The notes: a model not told the origin generated them from the letters alone. Shown: positions 1 to 10,395, counted from the first letter of the stretch. The stretch: DNA of 64,000 nucleotides from Gammaproteobacteria bacterium (GCA_963422205.2 CAXMWX010000007.1:32001-96000); one strand, 5' to 3'. Made by a program: numbers and translations.

Positions 1-579
1 AAAGCAGCCGCCCGCTATCTCAATCCGGCCCTCTGGCGAGCGCTCTACCAAATTATCAATAGAGGCTGCCGCCCCCCCAAGCCAGGTGATCAAATCCACC
101 CCCTCGGCAGATAAACTGGCAAACACCAGCCCGTGATAGCTCGCCACCCGTGCCACTTTTTGCAGAGAATTAATGGGATGGTCTTTGTCAAACCCCGTGC
201 CCTGATAACCCGCCTGCCCCGGCGTGTGCAGTAGCCGACCATCGGTATCATAGACCCAGCCATGGTAACAACAACGCAACTGCCTGGCATGACCACAGGT
301 ATCACCAACCAGTTGCGCCCCCTTGTGGGCACAGCGGTTAAACAGCACGTGGATGTTACCATCGCTATGGTGCGTCATGATGACCGGCTGATTGGCGATG
401 GTCGTGGCAAAATAATCGCCGGGATTTGGCACCTGGCTGACATGCCCCACATACAGCCAGGCACATCCCCAGATCCGCTGCATCTCCAGTTTGAATATCT
501 CCGGGTCGGTATAGACATCTCGGTGGACAGAGTCCGACCGAATCAGTGAGGACAGATACGCATCGCTGTAGTCTTTCAC
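1..579 (-). CDS. Rieske ring-hydroxylating oxygenase alpha subunit, N-terminal part (runs off window edge; absent from ORF track)
   Basis: Manual translation from GTG at 579 (AGGAGG upstream): VKDYSDAYLSSLIRSDSVHRDVYTDPEIF...NRCAHKGA...RCCYHGW, i.e. a Rieske CxH...CxxH motif. Confidence 0.88.
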   Translation of the reverse strand, partial: MKDYSDAYLSSLIRSDSVHRDVYTDPEIFKLEMQRIWGCAWLYVGHVSQVPNPGDYFATTIANQPVIMTHHSDGNIHVLFNRCAHKGAQLVGDTCGHARQLRCCYHGWVYDTDGRLLHTPGQAGYQGTGFDKDHPINSLQKVARVASYHGLVFASLSAEGVDLITWLGGAAASIDNLVERSPEGRIEIAGGCF

Positions 580-766
580 AAGGCTGCCTCCTTAACATGA
601 AGCCAATACAGAACGGCGAAATCAACAGGCCGCCTGCAAACGCGGTAACATCGCTCGATAGTGCCTGCCAGGTCATGGTATAACAAGCCCTGCTGATAGG
701 AAAGCCGCTTGTGCCTGACAGGCGTGCGTAAGATAATAAACGGCTTTCATTTTCAGGTAAGTCAGC

Positions 767-2852
767 ATGGCTAAACTCATACCGGAGTCCGTCTTTAGCA
801 GTGGTGAAGTGACGGCAGGGGAGAAGATATCTTGAAGGGCTTTGCGAGACGGGCTGGATGATTCCGCCCGGGTTTGGTATGAGCCTCGGTTTCCGCAGGA
901 ATACCGGCCTGATATTGTGGCCTATATTCCGGGGCTCGGATTGCTGATTTATGAGGTCAAAGACTGGAGTCTTGACAGGATTGTTCAGATCAATCCGAAC
1001 CAATGGCAGGTCAGGTGTGGTGCGTCCGTGAAAGACCAGAGATCACCCTACCAGCAGGCCAGGGAGTATTACCACAAATTAAACCCATCGCTTCAGCGGC
1101 AGACATCCCTGATCAACTCCTCTGGGCACAACAAGGGCAAGGTCAAAATCCCCATTGCGCCCGCCGTGATATTTCCCAACATCAAGAAATCCGCCTTTAT
1201 TGAAAGCGGCTATGATAAGGCGCTGGATACGGATAGGTGCCTGTTCAACGATGATCTAAAGGCCATTGCGGCGGAGGATGAGCCGAAGAGGACAAGGGAC
1301 ACACTGAAAAAGCACTTCAAGGCCTGGTGGCGGCATGATGCGTTATCAGCAGAGGAACTGGCCATCTTAAAGGACGAGTTGCATCCTGAAATCACCTCGG
1401 TGCAAAAAGACAAAGGCGGAAAAGAGAAAGTCATTATCCTTGACCCGTATGTTCTGTAAATATCCATATCAAACCTATTATTTACATTAGAATAATCATA
1501 TAAATTTATAATTTATATATATTTTATAATTTATATATATTTTATAACTCATAAATTGAGTATCAGGAACACGTGGCGCGCAAGGTCATGGACTCCGGCC
1601 ACAGCATTGTTCGGGGGGTCGCTGGCAGCGGCAAGTCGCTGGCGTTGTGTGCAAAGGCCATACTCATCACACAAGCACACCCGCCATGGAACATCCTCAT
1701 CACCTGCTACAACCTGGCCCTGGCGAGCCAACTGACCCACTACATCGAGAGTTTCCGTAACAGAGAAGGGCAAGCCTTGAGAATATAAAAATTGCTAATA
1801 TTCACGCATTGTGCCGAGATTTGTGCGCTAAATACGGCGTAGTTCGCTCACCTTACATCATCGAAAAACAGTTTCGGTCAGACCCGGCTATCGCCTCTCT
1901 TCCTGAACATGAGCAGGAAGCAAGAGTTGAGGAGGCGATGAGCGCGCTGCTGGGTCAGGATTTACAACGCATCGGAAAGGTGGCGGTCGATAAATACCAT
2001 GCGATCCTGATGGACGAAAGCCAGGATTTCCACCCCCGTTGGCTGTCCGCCCTACCGCTTCTCCTGGCTGAGGAACCGAACTTCCTGCTGCTGGCCGAGG
2101 ACCCTAAACAGAAAATCTATCCCAGAAATTTTTCCTACATCCAGGCAGGAATCCATGTACGAGGCGCGGGAGGGTGCAGAAGCCATACACTGCCGATTGG
2201 CTACCGCAGCACGCGCGAGATCATTATTCCTGCCTCCAGGCTGGTAACAAAATCCCGTTGGGATACCTTTTATCGGGACTACATTGAACAGGAGGACAAT
2301 CTGGAAGCGAAAGAAAATGCGATGCGGACAGGCCAGGCACCGACAGTCACTGTATCGGCCAGTTATTCAGCGATATGCCAGCACATTGCCAGCGACATAG
2401 CCGGCAAGCGAAAAGACGGCTATGCCTTCTCGGATATCGGCATCCTGTACCTGGTGCGGGCAACGCCGCCAGCATCGCCGCATGAATTACCGTTAAACAG
2501 CGTAAAGATTAATTATGTTGCAGGGTTGAGAGCAGCGCTGACAGCAGAAGCGATACCGTACTTCTGGCAGGCAGAAAATCAGGAGACGAAAAAAAGCGAG
2601 GATCTGCTCAGGGATGCGGTCACCATCACCACGATTTTTTCCGCCAAGGGGCTGGAATTTGAAGCCGTTTATATCGTTGGCCTGGCGTGTTTCCCCTGGC
2701 ATAAGAGGAACGAGCGAGAGAATGCCTCCATGCTGTATGTGGCGATGATGTACGCAAAATCGGCATTGTCCATGTACTCCAAGCGGGATACTGGCTATGT
2801 GAAAAAAATTCAGGCGGCCATAGAGGGTATGAAAAACATGCCCTTGGCGTAA
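767..2852 (+). pseudogene. NERD nuclease-domain + SF1 (UvrD-like) helicase, interrupted
   Basis: ATG 767 MAKLIPES..; NERD motifs RPDIV..GLLIYEVKDW; Walker A GVAGSGKS; Walker B ILMDESQDF; YRST; TIFSAKGLEFEAV; LYVAM. Broken by in-frame TGA 833-835, a 113-nt insert at 1444-1556 and a 1-nt frameshift near 1768-1770. Confidence 0.85.
1444..1556. mobile_element. AT-rich miniature insertion element, copy 1 (inside helicase gene)
   Basis: cccgtatgttct...tcataaat; near-identical to 4249-4343 plus an 18-nt internal tandem duplication (tttatatatattttataa); removal rejoins ILD-EYQEHVARK in frame. Confidence 0.8.
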
Positions 2853-2915
2853 GGCAGACAGCCATCACCCCGATGCCATCGGCAGCATGACAGCCAGGCA
2901 GCCTCTGAAGACCGC

Positions 2916-4148
2916 TTATCCAGAAAACGCCTGTATACCGGTCTGCGCCCGTCCCAGGATCAGGGCATGGACATCGTGCGTACCTTCATAGGTATTCACC
3001 GCCTCCAGATTCATCAGATGGCGGATGACATGAAACTCATCGGCGATACCGTTGCCGCCGTGCATGTCCCGGGCGATGCGCGCAATCTCCAGCGCCTTGC
3101 CGCAGTTATTACGCTTCATCAACGAGACGATTTCCGGTGCCGCCTGACGGCTGTCAATCAGACGGCCGAGTTGCAGCGCCCCTTGCAGCCCCAGGGTGAT
3201 CTCGGTCTGCATATCAGCCAGCTTCTTTTGAATCAACTGGTTTGCCGCCAACGGCCTGCCAAACTGCTTTCTATCCAGCGTATACTGCCGGGCAGCATAC
3301 CAGCAGAACTCCGCCGCCCCCATTACCCCCCAGACAATCCCGTAGCGCGCCCTGTTAAGACAGCCAAAAGGCCCGCCCAGCCCGTTCGCATGGGGCAGAT
3401 AATTCTCATCCGGCACAAACACATCATCCATGACGATCTCGCCCGTGACCGAGGCACGCAGGGAAAATTTACCTTCGATCTTCGGCGCCGACAAGCCCGC
3501 CATCCCCTTGTCCAGAATAAAACCCCGAATCACCCCGGCATCATCCTTGCCCCAGACAATAAACACATCCGCCAGCGGTGAATTGGTAATCCACATCTTG
3601 TTCCCCGTCAGGCGGTAGCCACCCGCCACCTTGCGCGCCCGGGTCTTCATGCCGCCCGGATCAGAGCCATGATCCGGCTCGGTCAGGCCAAAGCAGCCCA
3701 GCCAGTCGCCACGCGCCAGCCGGGGCAGATATTTCTCGCGCTGCTGCTGATTGCCATAGGCATAGATCGGATACATCACCAGGCTGGACTGCACACTCAT
3801 CGCCGAACGATACCCCGAATCCACCCGCTCCACCTCTCTTGCCACCAGCCCGTAACTGACGTAGCTGGCCCCGGCACCGCCGTAGTGTTCGGGCAGGGTA
3901 ACGCCCAACAAGCCCAGCTCCCCCAGCTCACGCATGATCGCCACATCAAACTCCTCATGCCGGTTGGCTTTCAGGATACGCGGCATCAGTGAACCCTGGC
4001 AATAATCCTGCGCCGCCTGCATGATCATACGCTCATCATCCTGTAACTGGGCGGTCAAATGCAACGGCTCGGCCCAGTTAAATTTGCCTTCAACTGTCCC
4101 CCCGGAAGTCCCGCCAGCCCCTGTTGTTTGTGCGCTCGCCTGTGTCAT
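2916..4148 (-). CDS. gcdH: Glutaryl-CoA dehydrogenase (acyl-CoA dehydrogenase family)
   Basis: [56 protein letters not shown]. Confidence 0.93.
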   Translation of the reverse strand: MTQASAQTTGAGGTSGGTVEGKFNWAEPLHLTAQLQDDERMIMQAAQDYCQGSLMPRILKANRHEEFDVAIMRELGELGLLGVTLPEHYGGAGASYVSYGLVAREVERVDSGYRSAMSVQSSLVMYPIYAYGNQQQREKYLPRLARGDWLGCFGLTEPDHGSDPGGMKTRARKVAGGYRLTGNKMWITNSPLADVFIVWGKDDAGVIRGFILDKGMAGLSAPKIEGKFSLRASVTGEIVMDDVFVPDENYLPHANGLGGPFGCLNRARYGIVWGVMGAAEFCWYAARQYTLDRKQFGRPLAANQLIQKKLADMQTEITLGLQGALQLGRLIDSRQAAPEIVSLMKRNNCGKALEIARIARDMHGGNGIADEFHVIRHLMNLEAVNTYEGTHDVHALILGRAQTGIQAFSG

Positions 4149-4248
4149 ATTCTCTTAACCTGTAGGTTGCCTCAACTGTCTGCCCATTGTAACGAGTATG
4201 GCGAAAAAATTTAAACCTGATGCGTCAGTGCCAGGCTGCCTTTGCGTG

Positions 4249-4343
4249 CCCGTATGTTCTATAAACATCTGTATAAAACTTATTATTTACATTAGAATAA
4301 TCATATAAATTTATAATTTATATATATTTTATAAATCATAAAT
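4249..4343. mobile_element. AT-rich miniature insertion element, copy 2 (intergenic)
   Basis: 95 nt, 14 G/C by hand count; same ends as copy 1; 7 substitutions versus copy 1. Confidence 0.8.
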
Positions 4344-4607
4344 AATGAAGGGATGGCAGAAGGCGAACACGGGCAGGACATCAAGGCCAGGACTGATACG
4401 TGTTCCAGTACCGCCGCTGTCCGTCCGTTTGCCCATTGGTTACCACCTGCCCACCCCTATCGCTTTATTGTCTTTATCCGCGCTTTAGTCTTACAATAAG
4501 CACAACACAAAACACATCCCCCGTACCTATGCCAAATAAAACCGCACTAACTGTCAGCATAATCAATCGGCATGGGCTATTACGTTGAGTAACAAGAGAC
4601 CACAGAC

Positions 4608-4970
4608 ATGAACATGGCAACCCTGATGATGGCGACTATTGGCACAGGCATTTCCCTGGCTGGTCTGATGATTGGCCTGGTGGCCTGGCTTCGAGCCGAT
4701 ACCCGCCGCATGGAAGATCGCTTGCGTGAAGATATGCGCCGCATGGAAGACCGATGGCAGACGGATATGAAAGTCCTGCGTGAGGATATGAAGCAAATGG
4801 AAGAGCGCTGGCAAGCAGAAATCGCGGCAATCCGCAATGAAATGGCCGAAATCCACGAGGACATCAACGCCCACCGCAAGGAGACGGCCCAGTTGCGCGA
4901 GCGCATGGCGCATCTGGAAGGGCTGCTTGATGGGCTTCGTGAGGCCATCGTTGCTCGTGCCGCCGCCTGA
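4608..4970 (+). CDS. Small membrane-anchored coiled-coil protein
   Basis: N-terminal hydrophobic helix, then RRMEDR repeated at 11-aa spacing (cgccgcatggaaga at 4704 and 4737), C-terminal LRERMAHLEGLL. Confidence 0.75.
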   Translation: MNMATLMMATIGTGISLAGLMIGLVAWLRADTRRMEDRLREDMRRMEDRWQTDMKVLREDMKQMEERWQAEIAAIRNEMAEIHEDINAHRKETAQLRERMAHLEGLLDGLREAIVARAAA

Positions 4971-5065
4971 GTGATCTGATTACCCATGCAATACCCAGTC
5001 AACACCAAAGGGACAGCCATGACCAACACCAGGCCACACATTAGCAGCAAGGAGGTATTAAACCC

Positions 5066-5434
5066 ATGAGCCAAGTCGCCTTTGACACCCTGAAATTTAC
5101 TGAGACCCTGAAACAGGCGGGTGTCCCTGAGCAGCACGCCAAGGCCGAAGCGGTGGCCATTCAGGGCGCACTTGGTGAAGCCTTGAATACGCAGGTGGCA
5201 ACGAAAGAGGATATTCAGAAGCTGAAGGACGACATGCAGGCATTCAAGGATGAGGTGAAAGCAGATACGCAAGGTTTGAAGGGCGAGATACAGCACATAA
5301 AAATTGAGATGCAAGACATCAAGGGCAGCCAGCATTCGTTGAAGCTGATGCTCAATTTCATCTTTGCTTTTTCTCTGGCCATGTTACCCATACTATTGGG
5401 CATACTCTGGAAACTGTTCATTCCGGCAGGTTGA
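5066..5434 (+). CDS. DUF1640/CCDC90-like coiled-coil protein with C-terminal TM
   Basis: AGGAGG RBS; FDTLKFTETLKQAGVPEQHAKA...VATKEDI head motif; coiled coil; C-terminal hydrophobic helix. Confidence 0.85.
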   Translation: MSQVAFDTLKFTETLKQAGVPEQHAKAEAVAIQGALGEALNTQVATKEDIQKLKDDMQAFKDEVKADTQGLKGEIQHIKIEMQDIKGSQHSLKLMLNFIFAFSLAMLPILLGILWKLFIPAG

Positions 5435-5819
5435 TTTGTGACTGGACAATCAACTATACAACAAGCAGAATGCACACAAACACCAGTACCGAGATAACCA
5501 TGACCCGGCCCGACATTAACCCGCTCGACAACCCCGCCCGCCACCATCTCGGTAGCATTGCCAGACCCAAAAATAACGGCCTGATCAGCAGCTTATCAAA
5601 TTCCCTATCTGCTATTAGACGCTGTTATCTACCCCCCACCCACAAATAAAAAACCAATTAAATCAAAAATTTATAAGATTATTAAGAGAATATTTCTACG
5701 GGAGATATTTATATAGGGGCTACTTATATAAGAGCTACCTAAAGAACCACCTAAAACCCAATTCCACCAATTTCCGATACAAGGCAAGGCTTGCCGCCTT
5801 TGCCCTGCTTATCGGCCCC

Positions 5820-8800
5820 ATGATCAACCCCAAGCAGTCCCATGCGGAGGCAGAATGCGGGGCGATTCCGGCAGATAGCAACACAGTCACCTGCACCACC
5901 ACCACTTACACCACCCCCACAAACAACATCACCTACGGGTTGGTGCAGGGCACCACGGTCTACAATGGCCTGGGCGTAGATGGGTTGACCCTAAACCTGA
6001 ACGATGCGATGTTACGCATCCGCACCAGCGGCGCAGGCATCGATACATTGGGCCTGAGTCGCGACATCAGTCGGGTGGGAGAAGCTCTTCCTAACTTGTT
6101 CAACTCCAACGGCGATGCAGTGGTGGTGCTTGGCTCCCCCACCTCCAGCGCCCCCATCACCATCAACGCCACCCGTTTTGATACCATCACCACCACCAAC
6201 CAGCGGGCGCATGGGCTGCTTGCCCGCCACTTTGGCAGCGGCGATGTCAACGTCACGCTGGCGGCTGGCACCATCACCACCATGAGCTTCGGTGCCCACG
6301 GCGTGAGTGCCAGCACCGCTAACCTCCCGCAGGCGACGCTCAATGGCAATGCCACGGGCGTTGCAGCACCCCCCGTGCCATCGGTAAAAGACAATGAAAT
6401 CAGTATCCTGATGAGCGGCGGCGGCATCACCTCTGGCGATGGGGGGGGCGACCCCAGCCGCACCGCCTACGGGCTACACAGTCACAGCACCAGCACCGGG
6501 GAGGCCAGCATCGGCATGGGCGGCGGCATCATCACCAATGGCGACTCGGGTCACGGGGTGTTAGCCAGCAGCTTCGGCATTCTCTTTGGCACTTTTAGCA
6601 ACGCCACGGCTACGGCCAGGTTCAGTGGCGGCAGCATCACCACCAGCGGCAATTTTAGCCATGGCGTGTCGGCAGACACCGATAATAATTCCTCAACCGC
6701 CATCATGAACGGTAACGGCGTGATTACCGCCAGCGGCAGGTATTCGCGTGGCGTATTTGCTCTCCAAAGAGGCGCTGGCGGCACGGCGCGGATGGAACTA
6801 TTCAGCGGCAGCATCACCACCACCGGGGATGGTTCGAGTGGCCTGTATATGTGGGGTGGTAATGGGGGCTCGACCGCAACCATCACCGCCGCCGTACATG
6901 GCGGCAGCATCGAGACCAGTGGCGGCTCCGGTCGCGGGGTGCAAGTTCGAACCTATGGCATGCATGATATTGCCGGGGTCACCATGAGTGGTGGGACAAT
7001 CCAAACCGGCGGGGCGAACGGCACCGCCGCCGAAGCCTACGGACTCTTTGCCACCAACAACGACAGCGCGACCACCGCCAGCCTTACCGCCGAGATCACC
7101 GGCGGCAGCATCACCACCCGCGGCCCGCGGGGGCACGGGGTGGCGCTCTCTATTCGCAGTACCAGTGGCACCGCATCGGCGACCTTTAGCGGTGGCAGCA
7201 TCCGCACCGCAGGCGAGACCGCACGCGGCCTGTTGGTGGTCAGCAGTGGCACCGGCGCGGCATCGGCCAGCATCAGTGGCGATACCACGATTACCGCCAC
7301 CGGCAGGGATGCCGATGGGGTGCGAATCGCCTCCGCAAGCGGCACCTTTGATCTCGACATTACCGGCGGACAGATCACCTCAGGCACGGACGCGGCGGCA
7401 GCCATCCACAGCTTCGCGGCAGGCGGCGGGGATTTTCTGCAATTTAACAACCTGAGCTCGGGCGACTTCACCCTCACCGGCAGCGATGCCACCGGCTTTT
7501 CCGGCACCCACTCGGCGATTACGGGCGGGTTCCGGGGCGTGAATTCACTTGCTGCCAACGACCCCCTAACCGGCGGCGCAGTCCACAACCTGATCGGCCT
7601 GAACCGGAACGCCACCTGGACGTCGGATAGCCAGGGCATACGGTATGCCGTGACCGAAGGCACAACCACCCGCAGCCTGGGATTATTCCATTTTGAACAA
7701 TTCACCGGTGGCACGGGCAACGATACCTTCAATGTGGGCTTCAACGACGATATCGACATCAATGGCGGGGCAGGCGATGACCGCTTCAACCTGAGCGGGC
7801 TAATCACGGGCAATCTGACCGGCGGGCCCGGCGATGATGTGCTGACCCTCACCCTCAACACCGGCGGCTTCCTCAATGGCAATGCCAACCTCGGGGCGGG
7901 GGATGATACCTTGACCCTCAACACCGGCGGCAGCATCACCGGCAATGTGTCCCTCGGTGCGGACAGCGACACCCTTTCTTATGCCAACCGCAGCACGGCC
8001 GTCAGCGTGACCCTGGCTTCCAGCGCCGCCAATGGCTTTACCACCACCATGGGCGGGGCCACCGGCATCACCGGCACGGTCAGTGACATCAACACCCTGA
8101 CCGGCGGCACGGGTATGGATACCCTCACCGGCTATGATGCCGATGCCACCTGGACGCTGGGCAGAACCGGCAACAGCGGCAGCAACACCTATGCCGTCAC
8201 CGTTGGCACGGGAAACAGCGCCAGCACCCGCCGCCTGACCTTCGCAGGCTTTGAGAACCTCACCGGCAGCGCGATGGTGGATAACTTCACCATCACCGGC
8301 AGCCACACGGGCAATCTCAGCAGCGGGGCGGAGGACGATGTGTTTACCCTCTCCGACAATGCCATGCTCACCGGCAACATCGACACCGGCGATGGCGATG
8401 ATACGGTGACGGTCGGTAATATGGCCAGTGGTGCCAGCATTGTCGGCAACATTACCCTGGGCGATGGCGATGACACCCTGACCATTGCCAATGCCGCCGT
8501 CCGCATCAGTGGTCTGGCCGATGGCGGGCCGGGCATGGACACCCTGAACGGCCTGGAGCTGTTCCGCGAGGCCAGCGCCAGCACCATCTTCAGCTTCGTC
8601 AACTTTGAGAACGTCAATGGTGAGACAGAACTGCTGACCAACCTGCCGGTAGTGGCGATAACCGAAAACAATGGGGCAAGAGGATTTGCGCCTCGCCCTG
8701 TGGCTCCGGTAGTGCCACCGGTGGTTCCGATGCCTCAGCCACCGGCTCCCGTGGTTCCTCCTGTAGTGCCTCCAATGCCGATAACTCCTGTGAATCCGAT

Positions 8801-10304
8801 GCCGGTCGCTCCGGTGGGTCCCATGCCGCCTGCTACGGGAACGGACAGCCAACCCATCACCCCGCCACCGCCAGGCACACCCACCCCAGGCACAGGCACG
8901 GGGACAGGGACAACGACACCGCCCACCCCAGGCACAGGCACGGGGACAGGCACAACACCACCGCCCACAGGCGGCACAGGCACACCCCCACCGCTCACCA
9001 CCGGCACGGGGACAGGGACAACGACACCGCCCACCCCAGGCACAGGCACGGGGACAGGCACAACACCACCGCCCACAGGCGGCACAGCCACACCCCCACC
9101 CCCATCCCCGACCGACTTTGCGGTGTTGGCGGCGGCCTATTGTGAGGCCACGGGGACAGCCTGTCAGCCCGCCACCGCCACCCGACCGGCCACCGTCACA
9201 CCGACCCCGCCAGCACTCCCTGACCCGACCACCCTGCCCGATGAGCCTGCCAGGGCAGCCGCCCGTGACCGCTTCCAGAGCCAGGTCGAGAGCTATGTCT
9301 ATGTTGACCCCACCGGCCCGTCCGTACAAGCCTCTGCCGTGGGCGCTCTGACCACCACCATCAACACCCTCATCAGTCAACGGCTGTCCGCTTATCGCCG
9401 TGCTGCCCGCCCACCGGTGCAGGTGGCCGCCACCGCCCTGCTGCCGGGGATGCTGGCCAGGGGAGAAGACCCGCTCATCTGGGGAGAATTGTTTGCTTCT
9501 GACCGGCAACGGGGACGGGATGGCCGCACCCTGTCCTACTCCCATGAGTACCGGGGCGTGTTGTTCGGGGCCGAGCAGCGTTATGGGCAGGAGGCCGTGC
9601 TGGGGTTGATGCTGGGCTATGCCGATGCCGATGTCAGCACCCACATCACGGCGCTGAATGTCGAGACCGGCAGCCTCTTCGGGGGAGTGTATGGCCGTCT
9701 TGACCTGGCTGGACTGGCGGTGGATGTGGGGCTGAACTTAGGCTATGAAGAGCATGACAATCAGCGCTTTATCCCCCAGCAAAGACAAACTGCCGAAACC
9801 AGCACCCACAGCTTCTTTATCAACCCGTCCCTGACAGTCAGCCAGAGCTATAGGGTAGAGGCCCTGTCCGGCCGGGCAACCTTTCGTCTCACTCCCTCCC
9901 TGAGCATGAGCTACACCGCCGCCTTCTATGGGGACTACACCGAGCGGGGGGCAGCGGGGTTTAATCTTAGCGTTGATAGCCGCACGGCCCATAACCTGAC
10001 CACCCGGCTGCAACTGGGTGGCGACTGGGCGCTGCCGAAGAGTAACAGCGGGCTGGGGCTGCGCTTAGGATTACAGAGCCGCTTCACCGACAGCAGTGAC
10101 TTTGAAGGGACTTTGAGTGGGGCGAGCTTCAGCTATGCCAGCGATGCGGATAAGAGCGTACACAGCCTGTATGTCGGTGTGGATGGTCGGCACGAGCTCC
10201 GTGATAATCTCAAGCTGCTGGTCGATGTGGAATACAACCATGATGTGGGGGAGGTGAGTGAGCGGGCCTTGAGTGGGATTGTCAGGTTCACGTATTGGTA
10301 TTGA
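5820..10304 (+). CDS. Autotransporter adhesin-like protein (beta-helix + RTX-like repeats + Pro/Thr/Gly linker + beta-barrel); true start probably upstream
   Basis: GGSITT repeats, GGxGDD repeats, PT/G-rich linker, C-terminal ~280-aa barrel ending RFTYWY; frame is open back to 5619 and includes signal-like KARLAAFALLIGPMINPKQSHA. Confidence 0.88.
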   Translation: MINPKQSHAEAECGAIPADSNTVTCTTTTYTTPTNNITYGLVQGTTVYNGLGVDGLTLNLNDAMLRIRTSGAGIDTLGLSRDISRVGEALPNLFNSNGDAVVVLGSPTSSAPITINATRFDTITTTNQRAHGLLARHFGSGDVNVTLAAGTITTMSFGAHGVSASTANLPQATLNGNATGVAAPPVPSVKDNEISILMSGGGITSGDGGGDPSRTAYGLHSHSTSTGEASIGMGGGIITNGDSGHGVLASSFGILFGTFSNATATARFSGGSITTSGNFSHGVSADTDNNSSTAIMNGNGVITASGRYSRGVFALQRGAGGTARMELFSGSITTTGDGSSGLYMWGGNGGSTATITAAVHGGSIETSGGSGRGVQVRTYGMHDIAGVTMSGGTIQTGGANGTAAEAYGLFATNNDSATTASLTAEITGGSITTRGPRGHGVALSIRSTSGTASATFSGGSIRTAGETARGLLVVSSGTGAASASISGDTTITATGRDADGVRIASASGTFDLDITGGQITSGTDAAAAIHSFAAGGGDFLQFNNLSSGDFTLTGSDATGFSGTHSAITGGFRGVNSLAANDPLTGGAVHNLIGLNRNATWTSDSQGIRYAVTEGTTTRSLGLFHFEQFTGGTGNDTFNVGFNDDIDINGGAGDDRFNLSGLITGNLTGGPGDDVLTLTLNTGGFLNGNANLGAGDDTLTLNTGGSITGNVSLGADSDTLSYANRSTAVSVTLASSAANGFTTTMGGATGITGTVSDINTLTGGTGMDTLTGYDADATWTLGRTGNSGSNTYAVTVGTGNSASTRRLTFAGFENLTGSAMVDNFTITGSHTGNLSSGAEDDVFTLSDNAMLTGNIDTGDGDDTVTVGNMASGASIVGNITLGDGDDTLTIANAAVRISGLADGGPGMDTLNGLELFREASASTIFSFVNFENVNGETELLTNLPVVAITENNGARGFAPRPVAPVVPPVVPMPQPPAPVVPPVVPPMPITPVNPMPVAPVGPMPPATGTDSQPITPPPPGTPTPGTGTGTGTTTPPTPGTGTGTGTTPPPTGGTGTPPPLTTGTGTGTTTPPTPGTGTGTGTTPPPTGGTATPPPPSPTDFAVLAAAYCEATGTACQPATATRPATVTPTPPALPDPTTLPDEPARAAARDRFQSQVESYVYVDPTGPSVQASAVGALTTTINTLISQRLSAYRRAARPPVQVAATALLPGMLARGEDPLIWGELFASDRQRGRDGRTLSYSHEYRGVLFGAEQRYGQEAVLGLMLGYADADVSTHITALNVETGSLFGGVYGRLDLAGLAVDVGLNLGYEEHDNQRFIPQQRQTAETSTHSFFINPSLTVSQSYRVEALSGRATFRLTPSLSMSYTAAFYGDYTERGAAGFNLSVDSRTAHNLTTRLQLGGDWALPKSNSGLGLRLGLQSRFTDSSDFEGTLSGASFSYASDADKSVHSLYVGVDGRHELRDNLKLLVDVEYNHDVGEVSERALSGIVRFTYWY
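8895..9088 (+). repeat. 108-nt-period duplication in Pro/Thr/Gly linker of autotransporter
   Basis: ggcacggggacagggacaacgacaccgcccacc... starts at 8895 and again at 9003. Confidence 0.85.
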
Positions 10305-10395
10305 GTGGGACTATTGACCGTGCCTTAACTGGCAGCTCATCGCAAGAGGCAATGGGTGGCGGCAGGCGTGTAGGCAAAAGATGGCACCTGCCCGG

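Noticed and set aside
833-835. In-frame TGA as selenocysteine or recoded stop
   Set aside because: No redox motif or evident SECIS hairpin; TGA ends many other genes here; a compensating indel pair explains it better
262-1003. ORF-track calls 262-549 (+) and 365-1003 (-)
   Set aside because: Shadows of the real Rieske gene (1-579, minus) and the NERD gene
7037-9644. Long antisense ORFs (311 aa, 614 aa) over the autotransporter
   Set aside because: Shadow ORFs from GC-rich, repetitive sense coding; no recognisable motifs
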